Source: Candidatus Saccharimonadales bacterium (lineage in GTDB: Bacteria; Patescibacteriota; Saccharimonadia; Saccharimonadales; 2-12-FULL-41-12). Taken from it: DNA of 64,000 nt. A program made the position numbers and the translations under genes. The notes beneath the pieces are model-generated. The model saw nothing but the letters and a program-made list of their open reading frames with translations. It was not told the DNA's origin and ran no database searches. Shown here piece by piece: positions 18,088 through 27,725 of the stretch. Position 1 is the stretch's first letter. Each line of letters begins with the position of its first letter. The DNA is taken from NCBI GenBank assembly GCA_041600715.1, contig JBFIJM010000001.1:533425-597424 (forward strand). The letters run 5' to 3'.

Positions 18088-18366
18088 CTAATTCAATTTT
18101 TTTTTTGGTAACTCGGTAGCAACATGTTCAAGGCGCATTAATGCGCCTTCTGTATTTGTAACTGCAGCACCACCTAAGGCAATTATGAAAGCTTTTTCTT
18201 CTTCGATACCGCTTTGTTCTAGTATTTTTATATTCTCTAATGCAGGGGCAAGAAATTGCTGTCCTTGCTCAGTATTGGCAAACTCTCCGATAGTCAATTG
18301 CTCTCCATCGGCAACACCAGGGACTGGACATCGAACAATTACATCGGCATATTTATCTAGATCCAT
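18088..18366 (-). CDS. Hypothetical small protein (92 aa), possibly Roadblock/LC7-like
   Basis: An alternating beta/alpha pattern and AFIIALGGAAVTNTEGALMRLE resemble Roadblock/LC7 domains, but the match is weak. Confidence 0.35.
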   Translation of the reverse strand: MDLDKYADVIVRCPVPGVADGEQLTIGEFANTEQGQQFLAPALENIKILEQSGIEEEKAFIIALGGAAVTNTEGALMRLEHVATELPKKKLN

Positions 18367-18402
18367 ACTTATAAACAGTATAGCTTGTGCTTAATCTTGA
18401 GT

Positions 18403-20076
18403 CTAGCGAGAGCCAATCTTAATTTTATTTAGTAGAGAGAGTCTCTTAATAATTTCATGACGCCACTCATATACAGCATAGCTCAATGCGCCAGTTGTTA
18501 AACCGCCTATAATTAGCCAGTTACTCCCATTTAGAGTCTCTGATGGTATATCGTGCACTTTAGCCTTCACCACATCTGATGCTCCAGCTATACTTCGGCA
18601 ACGATTGGTCTCTGGATTACGCTCCTGGCCTGTTTTACATGGAGCTAAGGTTGAAGCGGACGAGAGTACACTTCTGCATCGATTAGTCTCAGGGTTACGT
18701 TCTTGGCCTGCTTTGCATGGAGTGGGTGTTCCTGCATTAGTCACGACGGACCGGCAACGGTTTGTCTCGGGGTTTCGTTCTTGACTGGCTTTACACGGAG
18801 TGAGCTCAGTAGATCCGGACTCGATATTCTTACATCTGTTTGTTTCTGGATTTCTAAACTTACCTTCTGGACATAATTCAATGTCGTTTCCACCGCCAAC
18901 AGCACTTATAACTGCCTTAAGATTGGGTGCCCCAGGAGTAGGAATCGTTGAATATTGCCATATCTCATCAATTAATGCCCAAACCGCGTCGTCTTTAGGG
19001 TCGTTGTATGCATCGGTTTCACTGACCACGTTCCCTGCTGGGGCAGTAAGCCTGACGCTTGCAGTAGTGTTAGGGAGCACCAGACCCGTTAGACTATCGG
19101 GTAAAGCAACGTATGAAAAAGGGGCTAAAAGTTGATCTAGCACTGTATACGATTTAACGTACAACGGCCACAGCTCTAACTTATACCCTTTTAGATTCAC
19201 TTCTCTGTTGTTAGGGTTATATAGTTCGATATATTCTTTACCAGTATCACTTCCAGTGACGTTCGGCAATAATTCAGTAACCGTAATGGTAGCGTTTTCT
19301 TTTACTTCTGTGCACACATTATCGTTGTTAGATACAAAATTAGTTGGAACACTAATTTGCAAGCCTTCTAAATTCAGACACATATCTTGTTGGCATTCTG
19401 TGTTCTGATCTAGCAGGAATCCGTAGGGTATCTCCGGTTGCAATCCTTCAATGTTAGAGCAATGATCAACTATCGTAACTTCTTCTACAATCCCGGAAGG
19501 CGGGATGAGCTCAAGTATCTTGACTTCAAAATCGTAACTATTGTTACTGGTATCTATCCGACGGGTATTATCGGCGTCAGACTTTCTGCTCAGGAGTTGT
19601 CCAGCTCCGTGCGCAACTGAAGCATCGCCTTCAGGGTTTTTTGCACTCCCCCAGCCTAGCGTGTCAACTATTCTGTTGGACGAATCATACACGCGTAAGT
19701 GGCCTTCTTTTTCGTTCATCCCGGCAGTAAATACTTTGTCAGGAATAAAATTGTGAGTGTTATTAAATTCAGGAGATGCGAATCTAGCGTGTGTGAACGG
19801 CTCTAAAATCAATAACGTATTTGCGTTTGGAGGTACCAAACAAAGCAACCGTGTCTTCGTAGCATCACTTGCTGATGAATATTCAATGCACCAGTTTGTT
19901 ACGTCCACAGGGCTATCACTATTATTATAAACAGAGATAAATTCTTCTTTGGCGTCAGTGATGCCCTTGCCCTGAAACTCTGATATAACAACAGAGGCTG
20001 TTGCCAAGGGACTTAGACAAATTAAAGCAAGAAGAGTAATGCAAACGATGCTCCACCTCATCATCATGCTCGTCAT
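18403..20076 (-). CDS. Lamin-tail-domain (LTD) surface protein with two LTD copies, four tandem Cys-containing repeats and a C-terminal TM anchor
   Basis: It has an N-terminal signal peptide and carries two LTD motifs, VVISEFQGKGITDAKEEFISVYNNSDSPVDVTNW and TVTELLPNVTGSDTGKEYIELYNPNNREVNLKGYKLEL. Four copies of PCKxGQERNPETNRCRS follow, then a TM helix near the C-terminus. Confidence 0.7.
   Translation of the reverse strand: MTSMMMRWSIVCITLLALICLSPLATASVVISEFQGKGITDAKEEFISVYNNSDSPVDVTNWCIEYSSASDATKTRLLCLVPPNANTLLILEPFTHARFASPEFNNTHNFIPDKVFTAGMNEKEGHLRVYDSSNRIVDTLGWGSAKNPEGDASVAHGAGQLLSRKSDADNTRRIDTSNNSYDFEVKILELIPPSGIVEEVTIVDHCSNIEGLQPEIPYGFLLDQNTECQQDMCLNLEGLQISVPTNFVSNNDNVCTEVKENATITVTELLPNVTGSDTGKEYIELYNPNNREVNLKGYKLELWPLYVKSYTVLDQLLAPFSYVALPDSLTGLVLPNTTASVRLTAPAGNVVSETDAYNDPKDDAVWALIDEIWQYSTIPTPGAPNLKAVISAVGGGNDIELCPEGKFRNPETNRCKNIESGSTELTPCKASQERNPETNRCRSVVTNAGTPTPCKAGQERNPETNRCRSVLSSASTLAPCKTGQERNPETNRCRSIAGASDVVKAKVHDIPSETLNGSNWLIIGGLTTGALSYAVYEWRHEIIKRLSLLNKIKIGSR
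18585..18850. repeat. Four tandem ~66 bp repeats inside the LTD gene (encoding PCKAGQERNPETNRCRS units)
   Basis: The periodicity is visible in both the DNA and the protein. Confidence 0.6.
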
Positions 20077-20102
20077 GACTTAATTATAGTCAAAGCATAA
20101 CC

Positions 20103-21566
20103 TTAATCAATAATAGTTTTATCCTTCATGAAGTTATGATTTGTCTTTTTGAGTAAAAATAATACAAAAACTAGTAAGATTACATAGCTTACCCCGACAC
20201 CTAATCCACTTAGTTCGTATTCGGTTTTAGCATTAGGCAAACCAGCAATTAGTCCGATAATAAACGTGCAGTAATGGAGAAGTACTTCTGCTGGTATAGC
20301 AAAAAATGTAGCCCAAAAAGGTACTACTAATGAGGCGAGCCCCGCTATGAAAGTTGCTAGCATAGCTAGTGGGACGACAGGCAATACTAGTACATTAGCT
20401 AACAAAGCGAACATCGAATATGCACCGAAAGACGAAAGTATAATTGGCAGTGTCATTAATTGTGCAGACAAGGTAGCGATTAGGAGTTCCCTGATAATAC
20501 CGGGCCTTGACTGTGAACCCCAGAAATAATGATGTATTAGTGGAGCTAAAACCAAAACACCGAAAAAAGCACCGAATGATAAATACCAACCTATATCCCC
20601 CCAAACGTATGAGGGCTTATAGAGAACAGTGCACGTAGCTGAAAATATAAGCAATGATACTGGGTGAAACTTTCTTCCATAGTACCAAGCAAGAAGACTT
20701 AGCGATGCGACCAGTCCAGCACGTGACATCGAGGGGCTAAGGCCGGTTATACTCATAAAGCCTATTATCATTCCACTCCCAATCACCCCCGCAAGATATT
20801 TGGACACAGCAGAAAAAATTCGTCTGGCAAAGCTAACTAAAATTGTAAGATTATATCCGCTAGCAACAACTACGTGAGTGAGCCCAAGTATCTGAATTTG
20901 TTGAGATAAATTTTCTGGCAAGGCACTTTTTAGACCTAGTAAGTACCCTAGTCCTAAACTTAGTTCTGGTTCTGCGATAACGTTAGATACTCGTCCGGAA
21001 AATGCATCTCGTAAAATGAGCCCCAAATCATTTTGGCTTGTTCTGGTCACGTCTATTATTTCTGCTTTAAACATTGTGGCTACAAAATTTCCGAACCCTG
21101 GCATCAGTGTTCCTTCTATCCGAATTGTATCGCTACGATTTATTGATACCGTCTTGTCCCTTAAAGTTACCCATACCTCTCCGCCTACATAGTCATCTTC
21201 TATTTGGACTTTGTGCAGACGTAGTCTTGTTTCGCCTTTCTTTCCTAGCGAAGTATCCTCTGAAACCACTCCTTCCATTATCACTTTAGTGTTATAGAAC
21301 TGATCGTACTCATTAAGGCTTGTCTGCATAGCACTTCCACGCCATAAACCTATTAATAATCCAGCCAGTACAACTCCAACGATTCCAATCCTTAGCTTTC
21401 GAATAAATAAACAAGCCAATAAAATACACGCCCCGTAGAGCCATACAATACTATTGAATGTGCCCTCGTTAATAAAAGATGAAGCGACTACTCCTAAGAT
21501 AGTCGCCCCTGCGACAGTCGTGATATACGATGAGCTATGCAGGTGCTCCATCCACCACATTTTCAT
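20103..21566 (-). CDS. comEC: ComEC/Rec2 family DNA-uptake channel protein (DUF4131 plus Competence domain; no metallo-beta-lactamase domain)
   Basis: Polytopic protein with an N-terminal OB-like insert and the LGLTHVVVASGYNLTIL motif of the Competence domain. At 487 aa it lacks the C-terminal MBL domain. Confidence 0.75.
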   Translation of the reverse strand: MKMWWMEHLHSSSYITTVAGATILGVVASSFINEGTFNSIVWLYGACILLACLFIRKLRIGIVGVVLAGLLIGLWRGSAMQTSLNEYDQFYNTKVIMEGVVSEDTSLGKKGETRLRLHKVQIEDDYVGGEVWVTLRDKTVSINRSDTIRIEGTLMPGFGNFVATMFKAEIIDVTRTSQNDLGLILRDAFSGRVSNVIAEPELSLGLGYLLGLKSALPENLSQQIQILGLTHVVVASGYNLTILVSFARRIFSAVSKYLAGVIGSGMIIGFMSITGLSPSMSRAGLVASLSLLAWYYGRKFHPVSLLIFSATCTVLYKPSYVWGDIGWYLSFGAFFGVLVLAPLIHHYFWGSQSRPGIIRELLIATLSAQLMTLPIILSSFGAYSMFALLANVLVLPVVPLAMLATFIAGLASLVVPFWATFFAIPAEVLLHYCTFIIGLIAGLPNAKTEYELSGLGVGVSYVILLVFVLFLLKKTNHNFMKDKTIID

Positions 21567-21598
21567 GTGCTCAGTATCTCAGTTCTTGTATATTTCGG

Positions 21599-22324
21599 CT
21601 AGAGAATTTGATCGACGTACGGTAATTGCTGATCTGGGCAACTAGCTAATACTCTTTTCATTGCGTTGTGTTCTGCTTCTGTAACCCATAACTCGTATTT
21701 CTGTTTTACAGCAATCTGTCGGGCAACATACATACATCGATATGCCTTGTTTGGAGGAAGCCACGAAGCCGAGTCACTGTCACTCTTTTGCGTATTTGCT
21801 TTTCCGTTTACAGCCAGTAGGTTAAGCCCATCGTTTGATAGTTCTATTCGACGCTCTTTATCTAGATTCTGGGCGCCTTTTTGCCACGCATCAGAAAGAG
21901 CCACCACATGGTCTATTTGGACATCATCACTTGTTCCTGGACCGCGAATAAAAGCTTGTTGATTGCCTGTATAAGGATCATCTAGGATGCCAGAGATGAC
22001 TGTACAGTCTTCTGCACTACGAGTCTGCACATTTGTTAGATCACGCATAAGAATATAATTACGTACATCACACCCATCTAACATCCCCCATCCTTGACCA
22101 AACTGAGACCGACTATAGCCTGTCTTAGGTGCTCGACCTTTCACTTCTATTGTGGCAAGCACTTCTAACGCCTTTTTGGATGAAGGTTTATTCTCTAAAA
22201 CACTTGTGCCGGCAACCTTTTCAGTGGTTTTTTGGGGTCGATTTAGATCACCTATTAGGGCAACAGCAAATGACAAAACAATAGCCACTAGTAATACTGT
22301 AGTCCGCCGTTTTCGTTCTATCAT
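21599..22324 (-). CDS. Secreted DUF1524/HNH-type nuclease (GmrSD C-terminal-domain-like)
   Basis: Signal peptide, then CDVRNYILMRDL ... VISGILDDPYTG ... IDHVVALSDAW ... NDGLNLLAVNGKANTQKSDSDSASWLPP ... CMYVARQIAVKQKYELWV, the DUF1524 pattern. Confidence 0.6.
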   Translation of the reverse strand: MIERKRRTTVLLVAIVLSFAVALIGDLNRPQKTTEKVAGTSVLENKPSSKKALEVLATIEVKGRAPKTGYSRSQFGQGWGMLDGCDVRNYILMRDLTNVQTRSAEDCTVISGILDDPYTGNQQAFIRGPGTSDDVQIDHVVALSDAWQKGAQNLDKERRIELSNDGLNLLAVNGKANTQKSDSDSASWLPPNKAYRCMYVARQIAVKQKYELWVTEAEHNAMKRVLASCPDQQLPYVDQIL

Positions 22325-22333
22325 TACCCTATT

Positions 22334-22765
22334 CTAACGCAGTAGAAACTTAGACCAGGCATTTAAATTCCTCTGGAATTTATTACTAGAGCCTGATGCT
22401 TCAGGCGAATACTCTTCTGGTACGGTTCTTGTAGTTACATATCGTAAAGCCACTTCTTCCGGCACCGTGTAAAGCTTCTCCCCAGGTGATGCCTTCCCAA
22501 ACTGGCGACGCGAGGCAAGCTCTAAAAATTGGCTAGTTTGATAGTAAGTATTACGTAGCTTTAAATTCTGGTTCTCTAATTTATTGATCGCATTTTCCTG
22601 TCTAGCGATAGAGATTTTCTTTTCTAGCTCATAATTAGTCTGCACAACCTTAACACCACTCCAGGTTACTAAAATCGCCACAACCCCAAATGCAAGTAAG
22701 CTCAAAACCCTTGTGTCGGTGAGCATCTGTAGTTTATCTGAGATACTTTTTATTTTTTTATTCAT
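22334..22765 (-). CDS. FtsB/DivIC-like septum-formation initiator (TM plus coiled coil)
   Basis: One TM helix followed by a heptad-rich coiled coil (ELEKKISIARQENAINKLENQNLKLRN). The start was moved to the internal Met (MNKKIKS); the ORF track gives 22807. Confidence 0.45.
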   Translation of the reverse strand: MNKKIKSISDKLQMLTDTRVLSLLAFGVVAILVTWSGVKVVQTNYELEKKISIARQENAINKLENQNLKLRNTYYQTSQFLELASRRQFGKASPGEKLYTVPEEVALRYVTTRTVPEEYSPEASGSSNKFQRNLNAWSKFLLR

Positions 22766-22868
22766 AGTGCTAAAGATAAGTATACAATATTTAGCCTCTT
22801 TAGGCACGAGTACATGGCTTTACATACAATAACTTTAGGAGTAATCTCATCACTGAAGGAGTTAACAC

Positions 22869-23378
22869 GTGAAATCACTGATCGAATTTATTTACTCGGG
22901 AATTATAGGCATTGCTGTCGCACTATTCGTTGGCTTTAGCATATGGGCAGTATACCCAGAACCACAATATCCTACTGATAGCTATCCGGACTTAAGCCTA
23001 AACTACTCAGCAAATGGACAACTAGATACTGCAGGCAAAGCAAAGGAAGACGAATATAATAAAAGATTCGACCAGTACGATATAGACCAGAAAACATACG
23101 CTAATTCTGTTGCTATCGTTGCCCTCTTCTCCGGAGTAATCTTTTACATTATTGGTATATGGGCCGTTCGTAAAAACGAAGTGATAGGAGAGGGGCTTTT
23201 ATTTGGTGGCGTATTAGTTGCAGTGTACAGCCTCATTCGTTCATCTTCCACATTTGGTGATAGTGATACCGCAGGTAGGATCATTGTGTTCTTATCTGTT
23301 ACCGCTACGCTTATTATGGCACTTACCATGACGTATCTTAAGTTTAGTGACCCAACAAAGAAGCCAGTAGGCAAATAA
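22869..23378 (+). CDS. Hypothetical membrane protein (four TM helices)
   Basis: Hydrophobic segments only. Confidence 0.4.
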   Translation: MKSLIEFIYSGIIGIAVALFVGFSIWAVYPEPQYPTDSYPDLSLNYSANGQLDTAGKAKEDEYNKRFDQYDIDQKTYANSVAIVALFSGVIFYIIGIWAVRKNEVIGEGLLFGGVLVAVYSLIRSSSTFGDSDTAGRIIVFLSVTATLIMALTMTYLKFSDPTKKPVGK

Positions 23379-23410
23379 TCTGATATACTCAATCTGTTAA
23401 GTACCACCGA

Positions 23411-23486
23411 GGGGGTGTAGCTCAGTGGTTAGAGCAGTCGGCTCATAACCGATTGGTCGCTGGTTCAAGTCCAGCCACCCCCACCA
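23411..23486 (+). tRNA. tRNA-Ile2-like (anticodon CAT, presumed lysidine-modified, the TilS substrate)
   Basis: GGGGGTG acceptor. The variable region and T arm (TGGTCGCTGGTTCAAGTCCAGC) are identical to E. coli ileX. Anticodon loop CTCATAA, encoded CCA. Confidence 0.7.
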
Positions 23487-23542
23487 ATATATAACTATCT
23501 CACTTTGTGGATACTTACATATTCATATTTAATTTGTAGCTG

Positions 23543-24163
23543 TTAGTATTTTAGTATCTCGATCTGTTCTGTTTTAGGGTTAGGGGTTTTTCTTTTAGCT
23601 TTATGTAGTTGTTCTATTAGGCTCTCTGCTCCGGGCTCAAACTTATTTTTTTGTAGTTGTACAAATTCACGCTTTTTCTTTTGTATTAATGCATGCCCAC
23701 CTATAGGCTTACCTTTTGGCGCGCCTTGAACTTCTGTAAGCTTGGCAAGCACTTGCTCGCGCATTTCTGCACTACAGTTTAGTGGCGCTGTTTCTAAGTA
23801 CCTATAGTCTTCTGCTTGTTTATCCACCTCACTAATAAATACCTTATGATATCTATCCATCTCATAAAGATTGCTTCGCATAGATTCTGCGTCCTCTTTA
23901 ACCCATTGTCCGGCATAGGCAATTCTTGTAGACCATTTTTTTCTGTATGACTCATATCGCCTTTCTTCGGTGTCTTTATAGGATGTAAGTAGTTGGGATC
24001 TATAATTAAGAACACCGATACGCTGTGAGCACGATGCGTCATCCAAAACGATCTCTGGCGTTTCATTCTTTTCTTGGGCAAGGACAATTAATGGCGCAAC
24101 CATGCCTGCTAACAATACGCCAGCAATAATCATTAGCTTGGGGTTCTTTATATATTTATTCAT
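23543..24163 (-). CDS. Hypothetical secreted or membrane-anchored protein
   Basis: N-terminal TM/signal region; no domain recognised. Confidence 0.4.
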   Translation of the reverse strand: MNKYIKNPKLMIIAGVLLAGMVAPLIVLAQEKNETPEIVLDDASCSQRIGVLNYRSQLLTSYKDTEERRYESYRKKWSTRIAYAGQWVKEDAESMRSNLYEMDRYHKVFISEVDKQAEDYRYLETAPLNCSAEMREQVLAKLTEVQGAPKGKPIGGHALIQKKKREFVQLQKNKFEPGAESLIEQLHKAKRKTPNPKTEQIEILKY

Positions 24164-27116
24164 CTTTTTTATCCATAGTCTCCGGAGTATGAATCACGGG
24201 TTCACTTGATGGTAGAGGCTGAAGATCAACGTCACTCATATACGCTACCTTCATAGCATTTCTTTGCTGACGCCGACTAACAATCAATGCCCCTGCCACT
24301 GCAGAAACAGCAAGTGGAACAGCTACATACACAATCAATGGGATGCGTCTGTCGTCATTATTTCCCATAATCGCTAGGCGTAGGGGAGATTTTGATCGCA
24401 TAGTAAATTTCGTCGTCTTGTCACCCTTAACGCGTTTAGCACTGGCGTACTTTACTCGCCCCTTACTCTTAGTGCCGTCAGTAGAAACTTCCTCCCAGTC
24501 TACTCCATCGAATGCATACAGCCCGTCATCTTCGTCAAATTCGCTCTCATCAAACTCAAATTCGTATTCTACCTCTTCATCAAACTGGTCAACCATATCC
24601 CCATCCTCTTCGCGACAAGTTAGACCATACACCTTTTCTGCGTCACCATACTCATCGAGCATGTCATCATAATCATCAGAATATTCGTTAAGGGCGCAGG
24701 CCATGTTTTTCTTATGCGCTGATACAGGAATACTCACCACCGCTCCACTTTCCTGAGCTTTTATTATAACCTTAGGAACTTCTTCCTTATCAAGATCAGC
24801 CTCTTCATCAACAAGTTCTTCAGGATCGTCGTCCTCAGTAGAGTCGACTTCCTCTTCAGTTTCCTCTTCTGTAGCCCCATCACTACTTAGTTCAGCGATC
24901 ACGTCAGGGGTTAATGGAGTGGTAGTGATTTGAACTAGACCTGGCGTTGATATCCCTATTGCTCGCTCGTCATCATCTCCAGTTTTAGCATAAACTTCGT
25001 ATGTATAAGTTGATGGATAGGCAAGTGGGAATTCTGGACCTCCAGATACGCCATTAGTTGTGGTTCCATCATCTTCACAGTTTAAGCCATTAGACGGATC
25101 AGTAGGGTTATTAGGATCAGCATTAGTTGGCAATGTAGCTTCTGTGTCCTCACAGCTCTCAATAATTACCTTAGTACCGCCGTTGGTTCTATATACGTCA
25201 TATGTAACATCACCAGCAATCGGGGGCACTGATGAAGCTTGCCATGTAATTTGTATGTTACCCGCATCGTCCTGAATAGCGGTAACATTACCCGGGGGTG
25301 ATGGTGGCAGTGCTGGACACATTAAAGGATCTCCATCCTCATCCTCATTAGTCTCTGGGTTGCAGTCAGTTGCAATACTTGTCTTAGCTACCACGCTACT
25401 CCCTGATCCACTTGTTAGAAGCTCAAAATTGGGGTTAGTGTGGCCAGAGTCAAGCGCTAGTCTCATTAGCTCCAGTAGTGTTACGTTGGGGTTATCCTTC
25501 CTAACAGGCGCAGGGATTGCATTAAGCTGGACCGCAAGCTCCTTAGAAACTTCTCGTTCTTTTCCTCCTGCCACGAATCTAACACCTGATTGAGTTATAA
25601 CCTGTCGAACTGCAGGAGGCTTGGTATCTTGGGGCGCTTGAGAATCTGATTCAGTGACAGCATCATCTGTAGAGACGCTTTGGGAAATAACTGGCAATGG
25701 CGCAGACTTATCCATCCAGATTTCTAACTGGGTTTCTTCATTATCTTTCACCACGAACTGCTTGCCTGCAGTAGTCGATGCGACAGATTCACCAGTGCCG
25801 TGGAATGTACCTCCACTAGTAATTCTGAAGCTCCTGAAACTATAGTTGGCAGGTATGGAAAGATAGCTTATCTCATATGTTTTTGATCCGTCGGATGATG
25901 TCCAACACCTGTTAAAATGGGCTTTGGCATAATTAGAGCTAGGGTTGTCGCTCCCATTTGTATCAGTGGTTTTATTGTACTCATCACAATTTCTTGACAC
26001 ATCAGATATCTGATATTGGCTTCCTGAGGCTTTAACATGCACTGTCACGTTACCTTGGCGAATTTTACTACCCCCATTGTAGTCATAGCTAATTATTCGT
26101 ATCTTGCCATTTTTTTGCCCTGCAGGAGCTGGACTACTTGGTGTAGCCAGGGGCTGTACTGGGGTAGATGCAACAGATTTTGGCTTCATAAACACAGCTA
26201 CTGACCGGATCTTATCTTTATCGATATCGAATTTACCATCTGGCAATACTGGCCAAGAAGACCCCCCCGCATCAATATCTCTTATACTAGCCAGGTCGTA
26301 TTCTGGATGTGAACCACTTATTTGATACTGCTTTTTACCAGTTGATTCACTCACTTGACACGAATTAAGCAAGACAGTGGCATACTCATCGTGTTCTCTT
26401 GGACGCGTAGGTTCACTAATACTTTCGGCTTCCATGCGCTCACAGCTAAACGTCGCCCCGCTTGGTGCCGGAACAGACTGTAGACTGATCTTTATATTAC
26501 CTCGTCGTTTTGGCTTAGTAAAATCACCATTTTCGTATTCATAGGTAATTATTCTTAGCTTACCTGTTGCAGATGAAACTGTCGGGGACGGAGTAGGTGG
26601 TGCAGGCGCAGGCGCTGGAGTAGGTGGTGCAGGCGCAGGAGGCGTTAAATCCTCCATCCATACTTGTAATGAAGTTGTGTCACCCTTTACAACCTTAAAA
26701 CTATTTCCTGCTTCTATAGGACGACCTGGTCCATGGTTCGAATGCAGACTTCTAAATGCATATCCTGCTCTATCGGCAGTAGTTAATCTATACATTTTGG
26801 CCGAGCCATTATTGGCGACCTGACACCCAGTAAGCGTTACAGAATTATCACCTGAGGCGTTTGTTGTTCCTGTATTTGAAGTACAGCTTTGAGGCCCTCC
26901 AACAGCCTCGACGGCAATATTTACATTTCCAATCGGCGTTTGTACGCCGTTAATAAATACATAGGAGGTAATTTTTATAGAACCCGAGTTAGTTGAGGCA
27001 GAGGAAAAGAATAAAGCTTTTGCACCAGCAGTACTCATAATAAGCACCCAGATAATAGCAAACGTCCTACTGAACCTAATAGGAGCTTTCAGTGCAGGGC
27101 TATAAGTCGGCATCAT
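24156..27116 (-). CDS. Large cell-surface protein (986 aa) with repeated ~150 aa modules, a Pro-rich linker, an FN3-like domain, an acidic region and a C-terminal TM anchor
   Basis: Signal/TM at the N-terminus. Repeated modules begin GKLRIITYEYENGDF and GKIRIISYDYNGGSK. Linker PAPAPPTPAPAPAPPTPSP. FN3-like NVTAIQDDAGNIQITWQASS...YDVYRTNGG. A TM helix, IPLIVYVAVPLAVSAVAGALIVS, sits near the C-terminus. Confidence 0.55.
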   Translation of the reverse strand: MMPTYSPALKAPIRFSRTFAIIWVLIMSTAGAKALFFSSASTNSGSIKITSYVFINGVQTPIGNVNIAVEAVGGPQSCTSNTGTTNASGDNSVTLTGCQVANNGSAKMYRLTTADRAGYAFRSLHSNHGPGRPIEAGNSFKVVKGDTTSLQVWMEDLTPPAPAPPTPAPAPAPPTPSPTVSSATGKLRIITYEYENGDFTKPKRRGNIKISLQSVPAPSGATFSCERMEAESISEPTRPREHDEYATVLLNSCQVSESTGKKQYQISGSHPEYDLASIRDIDAGGSSWPVLPDGKFDIDKDKIRSVAVFMKPKSVASTPVQPLATPSSPAPAGQKNGKIRIISYDYNGGSKIRQGNVTVHVKASGSQYQISDVSRNCDEYNKTTDTNGSDNPSSNYAKAHFNRCWTSSDGSKTYEISYLSIPANYSFRSFRITSGGTFHGTGESVASTTAGKQFVVKDNEETQLEIWMDKSAPLPVISQSVSTDDAVTESDSQAPQDTKPPAVRQVITQSGVRFVAGGKEREVSKELAVQLNAIPAPVRKDNPNVTLLELMRLALDSGHTNPNFELLTSGSGSSVVAKTSIATDCNPETNEDEDGDPLMCPALPPSPPGNVTAIQDDAGNIQITWQASSVPPIAGDVTYDVYRTNGGTKVIIESCEDTEATLPTNADPNNPTDPSNGLNCEDDGTTTNGVSGGPEFPLAYPSTYTYEVYAKTGDDDERAIGISTPGLVQITTTPLTPDVIAELSSDGATEEETEEEVDSTEDDDPEELVDEEADLDKEEVPKVIIKAQESGAVVSIPVSAHKKNMACALNEYSDDYDDMLDEYGDAEKVYGLTCREEDGDMVDQFDEEVEYEFEFDESEFDEDDGLYAFDGVDWEEVSTDGTKSKGRVKYASAKRVKGDKTTKFTMRSKSPLRLAIMGNNDDRRIPLIVYVAVPLAVSAVAGALIVSRRQQRNAMKVAYMSDVDLQPLPSSEPVIHTPETMDKKDE

Positions 27117-27131
27117 AATTTATATGTCATC

Positions 27132-27725
27132 CTAATAATATTGATACGTAGTATTAACATATCTCCACAAAAGTAACCCTAAAGTAATCATCGCATAAAT
27201 ATTAATAATTAGCGCTAATATTCCGCTAATAAAATAACCGGTCTTAGCAAGTTCCATGCCTGATATTACAAAAATTCTTAGCAGGTCCATCCATACTCCA
27301 AAAAATAAAACCACAGTAAGAACAGCCAGCAATGTATAGCCTATCACCCCAATAATTTTATTTCGTGCTCTTTGCTGTACGATACGGGGGCTAATACCTC
27401 GCTGACTGTTGTCCGTCGCCATAATAAGTTCGTTTTGTGCTTTAACTTTAATGTTAGCAACAAATAAATAAAGCATATACACACCCAGACCAGCAAAACC
27501 CCATATAAATACAGTGATCAAGTCTGCAGCACGAGGCGTTTCGCTAATTTTTAGTAAAATAGTACTCACTAAACCTTGTGAAAGGTTAATGGTCCCAGTG
27601 TCTCTACCTAAAACACTCAAGATTGCCGGGCTAAATTCGATGAAAAAGATAAATAATGCAATAGCCACTGCAGTGATAAAGTAGGTTTGTGTTGCGACGA
27701 ATGTTTTTTTGAAATCCCAGATCAT
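27132..27725 (-). CDS. Hypothetical membrane protein
   Basis: Five or six predicted TM helices. Confidence 0.4.
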   Translation of the reverse strand: MIWDFKKTFVATQTYFITAVAIALFIFFIEFSPAILSVLGRDTGTINLSQGLVSTILLKISETPRAADLITVFIWGFAGLGVYMLYLFVANIKVKAQNELIMATDNSQRGISPRIVQQRARNKIIGVIGYTLLAVLTVVLFFGVWMDLLRIFVISGMELAKTGYFISGILALIINIYAMITLGLLLWRYVNTTYQYY

